From positions 1 through 64,000 of the forward strand of contig JBEBGD010000015.1 in NCBI GenBank assembly GCA_040081625.1: a stretch of 64,000 bases of DNA. Direction: 5' to 3'. Positions 48,060 to 56,133 of the stretch are shown piece by piece; position 1 is the first letter of the stretch; the number at the start of each line of letters is the position of its first letter. The DNA comes from Chthoniobacteraceae bacterium (GTDB lineage: Bacteria > Verrucomicrobiota > Verrucomicrobiia > Chthoniobacterales > Chthoniobacteraceae). Below the pieces are notes generated by a model, which was not told the origin of the DNA, searched no databases, and worked only from the letters and a program-made list of their open reading frames with translations. Made by a program: the position numbers and the translations under genes.

Positions 48060-51000
48060 TCACTTCAGCGACTCCATCCACGCGAGCAGGTCGGCCAGCT
48101 CGGCGGGGGTGAAGGCGTTTAGCAGACCTTCGGGCATCATGGAAATGTCGCGATGGCCGCGCTCGGCGATGTCGGCTTTCTCCACGAGCACTGTCTGGCC
48201 GGCGATGTTGCGCAGGTCGAGATTGTCGCCGCCTTCGCGCGTCACGAAGCCTTCAAGCTGCTCGCCTTTCTTCGTCTTGATCCACACGCTCTCGAAGCCC
48301 TGCGCGAGCTTCGCGCTCGGCTTGAGCAGCGATTCGGTCAGCGCGGCGCGGTCGTAGATCTTCGCCGCGGCGCTCAGCACCGGGCCTTTCGGCGGCTCGT
48401 CGGCGGTGATGGTGTGGCAGGCGATGCAGCCGGCTTTGAGAAACATCTCACCGCCCGCCTTCGCGTCCCCGCCTTTCTGCACGGCGGCGAAGACCTCCTC
48501 GTATTTCATCTCGCCGATCGTCTTCGCCGGCGCGGTGCCGCCGCCGAGTTTTTGGAAGGCGAAGAGAGCGGCTTCGGCCACGGCGTTGTTCGGGTCGTTC
48601 AGCTTCGCCTTCACCTGCTCCGCGTAAGGCTTCGCGCCGGTGCGGGCGATGGCGGCGAGCAGCGCGGCGGCGGGCTCGGGCTTCGCGAAGCCTTTCTCCA
48701 CGGCCTTCTTCGCGGCATCGCGGTCCTGCTCCTTCCCGACGCGGCTGGTGGAAAGATTCACGAGCACCGTCGCGGCGAGCTGGCGCTTCGGGGCGTCGGC
48801 GCCCTCGAGCATCTTCGCGTAGTCGCCGACCCATTTTCCGTTGTGCGCGCCGCGGGTGAAGTCCTCGAACGCGGCGGTGAGCTTCGCGTCGCCGAGGTCG
48901 TGCCCCGCGAGCGGGGCGAAGGCGGCGACGGCGCCGGGGAAGACGCTGCCGTTTTCCGCGCAGCGCTGGAGCACGCGCAGCGCGCGCACGCGCAGATCGG
49001 GCGCGTCGCCGCCGGTGCCGATGGCTTGCAACGCGGCGACGGCTTCGGCGGGGAGCGAATTGTCCGCGCGCACCATGCCTTCGATCGCGTCGAGCTTGGC
49101 GGGCGTGTCGCTGCCGGCGTTGGCGAGCATGAGTTCGACGAGGCCGGGGAAGCTCACCTTGGTCTGATACATCCGCTGCACGAGCCACTTCGCGTCGTCG
49201 GCGTTCGACTGCTCGACGGCGGTCTTGAGCGCGGCGGTGATCTTCGGCGTCTCGCTCCACGCGATGGGCTGGTAAACCGGGCCGCTCGTATCGGGCCGCG
49301 TGCCCCACCACACGCTCGGGTTTTCGTAAGGCGCGTCCTGGTTCGCGAGGCGGCAGAGGGCGTTGAGGATGCCGCGGCGCAGCTCGCCTTTCGCGTCGGG
49401 CAGACGGGAAAGCAGGCCGTCCACGACGGCGGGATCGTAGATGCCGTAGAGCGCGCGGAGGGCGCCGGGCTGGACCTTCGCGTCGGTGGAATCGAGCGCG
49501 GCGAGGCACGGCTGCACGGCCTTCAATTCGCTGAGCGCCCGCACGGCGAGGTGCGCGACGACCGGGTCGGCATCGGCGACGAGCGGGAGGATGGGAGGTG
49601 CGGCGTCGGTCTTGTGCAGACGGCGCAGCGCGGTGATCGCGGCGGCGCGGACGCGAGTGTTTTTGTCTGCGAGAGCCTCGATGAGTAGCTTGGTAGGGAA
49701 TTGTCCGCCGACTCGCGCGTCGTTGCCGAGGGCTCGAACGACCTGTTCGCGCATGTTCTCGTCGCGAGTGAACGAAGGAAGGCCGGCAGCAATTCCTTGA
49801 GCACCCGCAAATTGAAGAGCGGTTTCGAGAGCTGCGACACGGACTGGCAACGCGAACGGTTCTCGTCTTCCTCCGGCTTCAGGGCGTTGCAGTTGGGGGG
49901 CGTCCTTTGGATCAACGGCATTTGCGAAGACCCTCAGCGCTATCGCCGGCTGCATCTTGCGTCGAAGGAGTTCGCGTTGAGCGGCTGCACGGAGTGCTGA
50001 ACTTTCGGAAGTCAGAATCTTGATGAAGTCGATGTCGCTCGCTTTCCCCAAATCCGGCACCACCCCGCGCGGCGCGTCCTTCTTCACCACCCGCAGCACA
50101 TACCCCGCGTTCGGCCCGTTGTAGTTGAACGTCGCGCCTTCCCAGCTCGTGATGAACAGCGCGCCGGTCGCGTCCACGTCCATGTCGGTCGGGCGGGTCA
50201 TGGCGATCCATTTGTTCTGCTTCACGGGCGGACGCTTGTGCGTCGATGCCGGGTCCACGCCGCCAGCGGGCGCGGCCACTTTCCACCCGGCGCCGTCGGG
50301 CACGAGGTCGTCGTGATACATGATCCCGCCCGCGCCCCACTCGACGGTGAAAAGCCCCTTCGGCAGGCCCGGTTCATCGAGCCAGAGCGCGCCGCAGGGG
50401 CTGCCGCCGCCGAGATCGGCGAGCGGCTGGAGCATGTCCTCGGCGAAGTTTTTGAACAGGAACGGATAGCCCATGTGCGCGCCGGGCGGGACGAAGCTCA
50501 GGCGCACATTCCAGCCGCCGCCGTCGTTGGTGTTGTCGCGCGTGAAGAGATCGAGCGTGGGCGAGACGGCCACGTCGTAGATATTGCGCTGGCCGTGCGA
50601 GATGATCTCGAAGCCGGTGCCATCGGGCCGGATGCGCACGATGCCGCCGCCGCGCATGCTCAGCGTCGTCCCGTCTTTCGCCACGGCTTTGGTGAAGCCG
50701 TAGTCGCCCACCGCGATGTAGATGAAGCCGTCGATCGCGAGCCGGCAGCCGTTGGTGGTGTGATCGGCGCCGCGGAAGGCGAGGTCGAAGCCGAGGCCGG
50801 TGAGGATGTCCTCCTGCTTGTCGGAGCGGCCGTCGCCGTCGGTGTCGGTGTAAGCGGTGAGGTTCGGCGGGTGCATGACGTAGAGGGTGCCGGGGAGCGC
50901 GAAGCGCTCACTCGCCTTCTCCTTCCTCATCCCCTTCTCCTTCTCCGCGCGGGCCTCCGGGGAAGCAGAGGGAGATGAAGATGGAGAAGGAGAGGGGGAG

Positions 51001-51458
51001 GAGGATGGGGAAACAGAGGGAGATGAAGATGGAGAAGGAGAGGGAGAGGAAGTCGGGACGCCATCCCAGATCACGCCGCGCGGGCTCTCGACTTCGCAGA
51101 AGGTCTTGAACTCATCCGCGCGCCCGTCGCCGTCGGTGTCGCGCATGCGGACGACTTTGCCGGGGGTGCGGATGGACGGATCGGACGGGATGGACGCGGG
51201 ATTGCGGTCCCGGCCGAGCGAGCCGTTTTCATCGATGGCCACGAAGATGGTGCCGTCGATGGCGGCGCTGACGCTGGTCGGGTAGCCGCCCATCGGGGGC
51301 AGGGCGAAGACGGTCGCTTCGTAGCCTTCGGGCAGGGTGACGGTCTTCAATATCTCCGCCTCGGTGCGGGCGGGCAGTTGTTCGTTCTTCTTCTTTTGGG
51401 CGAAGGCGGGCGCGGTGAGCAGGGCGAGGAGAGCGAGGCAGAAAACGAGGAGGCGCAT
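48060..51458 (-). CDS. PVC-type membrane-bound dehydrogenase-like protein: propeller, HEAT repeats, cytochrome c
   Basis: DTDGDGRAD x2, DGFIYIAVGD, RDNTNDG, HEAT repeats, CIACH, SMMPEGL. Confidence 0.88.
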   Translation of the reverse strand: MRLLVFCLALLALLTAPAFAQKKKNEQLPARTEAEILKTVTLPEGYEATVFALPPMGGYPTSVSAAIDGTIFVAIDENGSLGRDRNPASIPSDPSIRTPGKVVRMRDTDGDGRADEFKTFCEVESPRGVIWDGVPTSSPSPSPSSSPSVSPSSSPSPSPSSSPSASPEARAEKEKGMRKEKASERFALPGTLYVMHPPNLTAYTDTDGDGRSDKQEDILTGLGFDLAFRGADHTTNGCRLAIDGFIYIAVGDYGFTKAVAKDGTTLSMRGGGIVRIRPDGTGFEIISHGQRNIYDVAVSPTLDLFTRDNTNDGGGWNVRLSFVPPGAHMGYPFLFKNFAEDMLQPLADLGGGSPCGALWLDEPGLPKGLFTVEWGAGGIMYHDDLVPDGAGWKVAAPAGGVDPASTHKRPPVKQNKWIAMTRPTDMDVDATGALFITSWEGATFNYNGPNAGYVLRVVKKDAPRGVVPDLGKASDIDFIKILTSESSALRAAAQRELLRRKMQPAIALRVFANAVDPKDAPQLQRPEAGGRREPFALPVRVAALETALQFAGAQGIAAGLPSFTRDENMREQVVRALGNDARVGGQFPTKLLIEALADKNTRVRAAAITALRRLHKTDAAPPILPLVADADPVVAHLAVRALSELKAVQPCLAALDSTDAKVQPGALRALYGIYDPAVVDGLLSRLPDAKGELRRGILNALCRLANQDAPYENPSVWWGTRPDTSGPVYQPIAWSETPKITAALKTAVEQSNADDAKWLVQRMYQTKVSFPGLVELMLANAGSDTPAKLDAIEGMVRADNSLPAEAVAALQAIGTGGDAPDLRVRALRVLQRCAENGSVFPGAVAAFAPLAGHDLGDAKLTAAFEDFTRGAHNGKWVGDYAKMLEGADAPKRQLAATVLVNLSTSRVGKEQDRDAAKKAVEKGFAKPEPAAALLAAIARTGAKPYAEQVKAKLNDPNNAVAEAALFAFQKLGGGTAPAKTIGEMKYEEVFAAVQKGGDAKAGGEMFLKAGCIACHTITADEPPKGPVLSAAAKIYDRAALTESLLKPSAKLAQGFESVWIKTKKGEQLEGFVTREGGDNLDLRNIAGQTVLVEKADIAERGHRDISMMPEGLLNAFTPAELADLLAWMESLK
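50908..51052. repeat. In-frame purine/pyrimidine low-complexity insert with 48-bp tandem duplication
   Basis: Copies at 50959-50996 and 51007-51044; encodes SPSPSSSP..EKEKGMRKEK. Confidence 0.85.
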
Positions 51459-51537
51459 GAGGATGAGTGAACGGTGTGAAAGCGGAGTGCTGTCGAAAGA
51501 TTAGGGCGCGATCGGAGGGGCGGCAGCGCGGCACATC

Positions 51538-51663
51538 CCAAGGAGCGGCGTGCGTCCCGCCGCCGACGAAACGGCACGGGCGAAGCCCGCCATCGTCCCT
51601 CAATGGATGAGCGCCTCCGGCGCAGGCGGGATGGGTCGGCGGCGGGACGCCGCCGCTCCTTGG
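51538..51663. repeat. REP-like inverted doublet (GGAG-tagged)
   Basis: ccaaggagcggcgtgcgtcccgccgccgac ... gtcggcggcgggacgccgccgctccttgg. Confidence 0.88.
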
Positions 51664-51679
51664 AAGTCACCTCGCTGCA

Positions 51680-52504
51680 TCACGCTTCGGGTGTCGCAAC
51701 CGCTTCGACGATTCGCACCGCCTGCGCCGCCGCCCGAACATTGTGGACGCGGAAGATTTGCGCCCCGCGCACCATCCCGGCCACGAGGCAGGCCACCGTG
51801 CCCGCGTCGCGCTCCGGCGCCGGCACGCCGAGCACGTCGCCGATGACGGTCTTGCGCGAGACGGGCAGCAGGATGGGCCGCTCGAACCGGTGCAGCCGCG
51901 ACAGCTCGCGGTAGATGCGCAGGTTGTCGTCGCGCTGCTTGGCGAAGTCGATGCCGGGATCGAGCACGATCGCCTCGCGCGGCAGCCCCGCCGCCACGGC
52001 CAGCGCGATCTTCTCCGCGAAGAACTCGTCCATCGCGTCCATCACGTCGCGATACCCGACGTGCGTATGCGCGACCTTCGGCGCGCCGACCGTGTGCATG
52101 ATGACCAGCGCCGCGCCCGCCTCGGCGCAGATGCGCGCGTTTTCGTCGGTGGGCAGGCCGCCGATGTCGTTCAAGATGTCGCCGCCTTCGCGCAGCACCG
52201 CGCGGGCGACGGCGGGGCGCCAGGTATTGATGGAGAGGAGCGGGCCATCCCACTGCCGCACGAAGGCGCACAGCCGGTCGATCTCCTCCGCCTCGCTGAT
52301 CGGCCCGCGATTGGTCCGCGCGCTCTCGGCGCCCACGTCGATGATGTCCGCGCCCTCCGCCACGAGCGCGCGCGCCTTTTCCACTGCGGCACCGATGTCG
52401 TCGAGCCCGTCGCCGGAAAAGGAATCGGTGGAGAGATTCACGATGCCCATGATGAGCGGGCGGCGGGGGAACTCGATCGCGTGGCCGCGCGCGAGCAGCT
52501 TCAC
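51680..52504 (-). CDS. folP: Dihydropteroate synthase
   Basis: IMGIVNLSTDSFSGDG, DIIDVGAES, LDPGIDF, SRK, FRVHNV. Confidence 0.93.
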   Translation of the reverse strand: MKLLARGHAIEFPRRPLIMGIVNLSTDSFSGDGLDDIGAAVEKARALVAEGADIIDVGAESARTNRGPISEAEEIDRLCAFVRQWDGPLLSINTWRPAVARAVLREGGDILNDIGGLPTDENARICAEAGAALVIMHTVGAPKVAHTHVGYRDVMDAMDEFFAEKIALAVAAGLPREAIVLDPGIDFAKQRDDNLRIYRELSRLHRFERPILLPVSRKTVIGDVLGVPAPERDAGTVACLVAGMVRGAQIFRVHNVRAAAQAVRIVEAVATPEA

Positions 52505-53307
52505 GGCAGCGGCACCAGCGAGCACTCGCGCTGCGTGAACCGCGCGGTGTGCGTGAAGCCCGCTCCGCGCGCGGCGGCCACGGCTTCGGCGTAGCCGGAG
52601 CACAACTCGGCGGGGTCGTGCGAGTCGGAGTTGATGAGCAGCGGCACCTTCGCCTCGGCGGCGAGGGCGAGGAAATCAGCGGCGGGATACAGCTCGGCGC
52701 AGGTCTTTCGCAGGCCGGCGGTGTTGATCTCGAACGCGGTGCCCGTCTCCGCGAGCGCGGCGATGACCGGCTCATAGAAATGCCGCAGATCGCCCGGCGG
52801 ACGGAATCCGAACTTCTTCGGCAGATCCGGGTGCGCGACGAAATCGTAAAGCCCGCTGCGGATCGCGGCGGCGTAGGCGCGCCAGTAGGAAGCCCAGATG
52901 TCCTCGATCGCGCCGCCGCGAAAGCGGCTCATGTGCTGCGGATCGTCCACGGCCCAGTCCGCGCCGGGTAGATAATGCACGGAGCCGATGAAGAAGTCCC
53001 ACTTCGCCATGCCGGCGAGCTTTTCGATCCACGCTTCGTGCCCGGCGATGAAGTCGCACTCGAGGCCGAGCTTGATGCGGAGCTGTGGGAACTGCGCGCG
53101 CGCCTCCGCGACCGAGTCGAGGTAGCGTGGCAGGTCGTCGATGCTCATGCGCCAGTTGTCGAACTGCACGGGCATGGGGTTGTGGTCCGCGAAGCCCAGC
53201 TCGCCGAGGCCGAGCTCGACGGCGCGTCTTGCGAAGTCGGAGGGCCAGCCCTTCGCGTGATGGCAGAGCGGGGTGTGGACGTGGTAGTCGGCGAAGGCGG
53301 AGAGCAT
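52501..53307 (-). CDS. PHP-family histidinol-phosphatase (HisJ-like)
   Basis: DYHVHT..CHHA, DH, GSVH, AHPD, EINTAGLRK, NSDSH. Confidence 0.88.
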   Translation of the reverse strand: MLSAFADYHVHTPLCHHAKGWPSDFARRAVELGLGELGFADHNPMPVQFDNWRMSIDDLPRYLDSVAEARAQFPQLRIKLGLECDFIAGHEAWIEKLAGMAKWDFFIGSVHYLPGADWAVDDPQHMSRFRGGAIEDIWASYWRAYAAAIRSGLYDFVAHPDLPKKFGFRPPGDLRHFYEPVIAALAETGTAFEINTAGLRKTCAELYPAADFLALAAEAKVPLLINSDSHDPAELCSGYAEAVAAARGAGFTHTARFTQRECSLVPLP

Positions 53308-53316
53308 GGGCGGTGT

Positions 53317-53405
53317 TCTTAATCCTAATCTTGATCTTAATCTTAATCCCCGTGTCGGCCGCTCACGGGAGCAGAGTAAGATTAGGATTACGATTAAGAT
53401 TAAGA
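53317..53405. repeat. Intergenic AT-rich hairpin of hexamer repeats (TTAATC)n / (GATTAA)n
   Basis: ttaatc ctaatc ttgatc ttaatc ttaatc cccgtg ... cacggg agca gagtaa gattag gattac gattaa gattaa. Confidence 0.9.
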
Positions 53406-53466
53406 GTCGGCTGCGGAGCGCTCCGCGCTCGACACCCGCCCTTCCCCCCTCCACCTTCCGCGCCTC

Positions 53467-54495
53467 ATGCGATTCATCGAATCGGTCTTCCAAAAGCTCC
53501 AGCGCCACCCGAAGCGGATCGTCTTCCCCGAAGGCGCCGAGCCGCGCGTGCTCCACGCCGCGGAGCGCTTCGTCACGCTCAAGCTGGGCATCCCCGTCCT
53601 GCTCGGCGACAAGGCCGCGATCGAGAAAGCCGCCGCGAAACAAAAGACCAGCCTCGACCACGTGCTGATCCTCGACCCCGCGACGGCGGACGACCTCACG
53701 CCGTTCATCAAGTATCTCGAGAAGCTCAAGCGCTACCGCGACCTCGGGCCGAAAGCCGCGCGCGAGATGTTGCTCCGTCCGGATTACTTCGGCGCGATGA
53801 TGGTCCAGAACGGGCAGGTCGATGGCCTCGTGACCGGCGCGAGCGAGACGGCGTCGAGCGCGCTGCGGCCGCTCATCCAGCTCATCAAACCGCAGCCCGG
53901 CGTGAGCAGCATCTCGAGCTGCATGATGCTCGACCTTACCAACAAACGCTACGGCGAGCGCGGCGTGATGTGCTTCGCGGACTGCGCGGTCATCCCCGAG
54001 CCGAGCGTGGAGCAGCTCGCCGAGATCGCGATCGAGAGCGGCAAACTCTGCCGCCAGCTCACCGGGCAAAAACCGCGCGTCGCGTTGCTGAGCTTTTCGA
54101 CCAAGGGCAGCTCGTCGCTCGCCTCGCCGCAGAAGATCGCCGCCGCCACCGCGCTCGCCCGTCAGCGCGCGCAGAAGTCGGGCATGGAGATGGAGATCGA
54201 CGGCGAACTCCAGGCCGACACCGCGCTGCTCTCCGATCTCGCCGAGAAAAAAGCGCCCACCTCGCTAGTCGCCGGCAAGGCCAACGTGCTCGTCTTCCCC
54301 GACCTGAACTCCGGCAACATCGGCGCGAAGCTCGTGCAATACCTCGCCGGCGCCGACGCCTACGGCCAGATCCTGCTCGGCCTTTCCAAGCCCTGCGCGG
54401 AGATGTCGCGCGGCAGCACCGAGGACGACATCCTCGCGGTGGCGGCGATCCTCGGCGTGCAGGCGGTCGAGTATCGGAAGCTGTATCCTGAGTAA
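53467..54495 (+). CDS. pta: Phosphate acetyltransferase (catalytic domain only)
   Basis: RIVFPEG, FADCAV, LLSFSTKGS, DGELQAD, FPDLNSGNI. Confidence 0.9.
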   Translation: MRFIESVFQKLQRHPKRIVFPEGAEPRVLHAAERFVTLKLGIPVLLGDKAAIEKAAAKQKTSLDHVLILDPATADDLTPFIKYLEKLKRYRDLGPKAAREMLLRPDYFGAMMVQNGQVDGLVTGASETASSALRPLIQLIKPQPGVSSISSCMMLDLTNKRYGERGVMCFADCAVIPEPSVEQLAEIAIESGKLCRQLTGQKPRVALLSFSTKGSSSLASPQKIAAATALARQRAQKSGMEMEIDGELQADTALLSDLAEKKAPTSLVAGKANVLVFPDLNSGNIGAKLVQYLAGADAYGQILLGLSKPCAEMSRGSTEDDILAVAAILGVQAVEYRKLYPE

Positions 54496-54531
54496 GCTCG
54501 AAGCTCGAAACCCGAAGTTCGAAACAAGCGG
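54494..54531. repeat. Left arm: four degenerate AAGCTCG heptamers + AAACAAGCGG
   Basis: aagctcg aagctcg aaacccg aagttcg aaacaagcgg. Confidence 0.92.
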
Positions 54532-54547
54532 CGATCAGAATTTTCGA

Positions 54548-54907
54548 ATGGAAGAAAACGATAAGCCTTACGATTTGGCGGAGCGGACGTTTGCTTTCGC
54601 AAAGGAGGTTCGTGCATTCGTCAAAGCATTGCCGCGCACCATTTCGAACATTGAAGACGTGAAACAACTGGTCCGCGCGTCGGGATCGGTGGGCGCCAAC
54701 TACATTGAGGCCAACGAGGCGTTGAGCAAAAAGGACTTTGTCATGCGGATAAAGATCAGCCGCAAGGAAGCCAAGGAGAGCCACTACTTTCTGCGATTGC
54801 TCGATGCAGGCGGGAAGCCCGAAGGCGAAGATAAGAGACAAGTCCTCGTGCAGGAGGCCCAAGAACTGACCAGCATCTTCGGAGCAATCGTCCGCAAATC
54901 CGAATGA
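54548..54907 (+). CDS. Four-helix-bundle protein (23S rRNA IVS-protein / Avd-like family)
   Basis: DLAERTFAFA..QLVRASGSVGANYIEA..SKKDF..KISRKEAKESHYFLRLL..EAQELTSIF; lower GC than flanks. Confidence 0.93.
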   Translation: MEENDKPYDLAERTFAFAKEVRAFVKALPRTISNIEDVKQLVRASGSVGANYIEANEALSKKDFVMRIKISRKEAKESHYFLRLLDAGGKPEGEDKRQVLVQEAQELTSIFGAIVRKSE

Positions 54908-54937
54908 CCGTTTCCGCCCTTTCCATTTTTTCCGCAT

Positions 54938-54975
54938 CCGTTTGTTTCGAGCTTCGAGCTTCGAGCTTCGAGCTT
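54938..54975. repeat. Right arm: CCGTTTGTTT + (CGAGCTT)x4, inverted complement of left arm
   Basis: ccgtttgttt cgagctt cgagctt cgagctt cgagctt. Confidence 0.92.
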
Positions 54976-54980
54976 CCGTC

Positions 54981-56084
54981 GTGAACACGACGACGCCGCG
55001 CGTCTTCATCGCCGCGACGCAGCAAAACGACGGCAAGACGACGACCGCGCTCGGCCTCTTCGCCGCGCTGCGAAAGCGCGTCGGGCGCATCGGCTTCATC
55101 AAGCCGGTCGGCCAGCGCTTCTCGGAGATCGAGGGCAAGCGCATCGACGAAGACTCCGTGCTCATCGACCAGACCTTCGGCGTCGCCACGCCGCTCGAGG
55201 CCATGAGCCCGATCGCGGTCGAGCCGGACTTCACGCGCCGCTACATCGAGGAGCAAAACAACGAGCACCTCGTGAAGCGCATCCAGAATTCCTTCGATCG
55301 CGCCGCGTGGGAGAAGGATTTCCTCATCATCGAGGGCACTGGTCACGCGGGCGTCGGCTCGGTCTTCGATCTCTCGAACGCGCGCGTCGCCAAGCTGCTG
55401 CAAAGCAAGGTCATCCTCGTGACCAAGGGCGGCATCGGCAAACCCATCGACGAGATCGCGCTCAACAACGCGCTTTTTGAAAAGGAAGGCGTCGAGGTCA
55501 TCGGCGTCGTGATGAACAAGATCATCGGCGAGAAATACGACTACGTGCGCGACTTCGCCTCGCGCGGCCTCGCGCGGCTCGGGCTCGAACTGCTCGGCGC
55601 CATCCCCGAGGAACCGCTGCTCGCCAATGCGACGCTCGGGCAGATCCGCGCCACCATCAAAGGCCACTTCATCAACGCGAAGGAAAAGAACCGGCGCCGC
55701 GTGAAGAAGGTCATCATCGGCGCGATGAACTCGACGCACGTGATGGAGCACTTCCAGCCCGGCACGCTCGTCATCACGCCCGGCGACCGCGAGGACGTGA
55801 TCCTCGCCGCGCTTTCGGCGACGACGCTCACGAACGCCGAGGATCGCGCCATCGCCGGCCTCGTTCTCAGCGGCGACCTGCTCCCGCACCAGAGCGTGCT
55901 CGACCTCATCACCAATTCCGACGTGCCCGTGATCCGCAGCCCGCTCGACAGCTACACCGTCGCCTCCGGCATTCACTCGATGACGGTCAAGACGCTCCCC
56001 GGCGACGTGGAAAAGATCGACAAGATCCAGTCGCTCATCGAGCGGCACGTCGATGTGGACCGGTTGCTCGCGAAGCTGGCGTAA
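54981..56084 (+). CDS. BioD-like P-loop + DRTGG domain protein (Pta N-terminal-like)
   Basis: QNDGKTT, FIKPVGQ, IEGTGHAGVG, ITPGDREDV. Confidence 0.85.
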   Translation: MNTTTPRVFIAATQQNDGKTTTALGLFAALRKRVGRIGFIKPVGQRFSEIEGKRIDEDSVLIDQTFGVATPLEAMSPIAVEPDFTRRYIEEQNNEHLVKRIQNSFDRAAWEKDFLIIEGTGHAGVGSVFDLSNARVAKLLQSKVILVTKGGIGKPIDEIALNNALFEKEGVEVIGVVMNKIIGEKYDYVRDFASRGLARLGLELLGAIPEEPLLANATLGQIRATIKGHFINAKEKNRRRVKKVIIGAMNSTHVMEHFQPGTLVITPGDREDVILAALSATTLTNAEDRAIAGLVLSGDLLPHQSVLDLITNSDVPVIRSPLDSYTVASGIHSMTVKTLPGDVEKIDKIQSLIERHVDVDRLLAKLA

Positions 56085-56133
56085 AGTGCCCGCAACTTGG
56101 CGTCGCTAGCGCGGTTCAAGCCCCATCGCCGCC

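Noticed and set aside
54548..54907. Complete DGR locus
   Set aside because: No reverse transcriptase and no TR/VR pair seen in the window.
54494..54975. Repeats as a CRISPR array or classical IS
   Set aside because: Units are 7 bp with no spacers, no cas genes, and the enclosed ORF is not a transposase.
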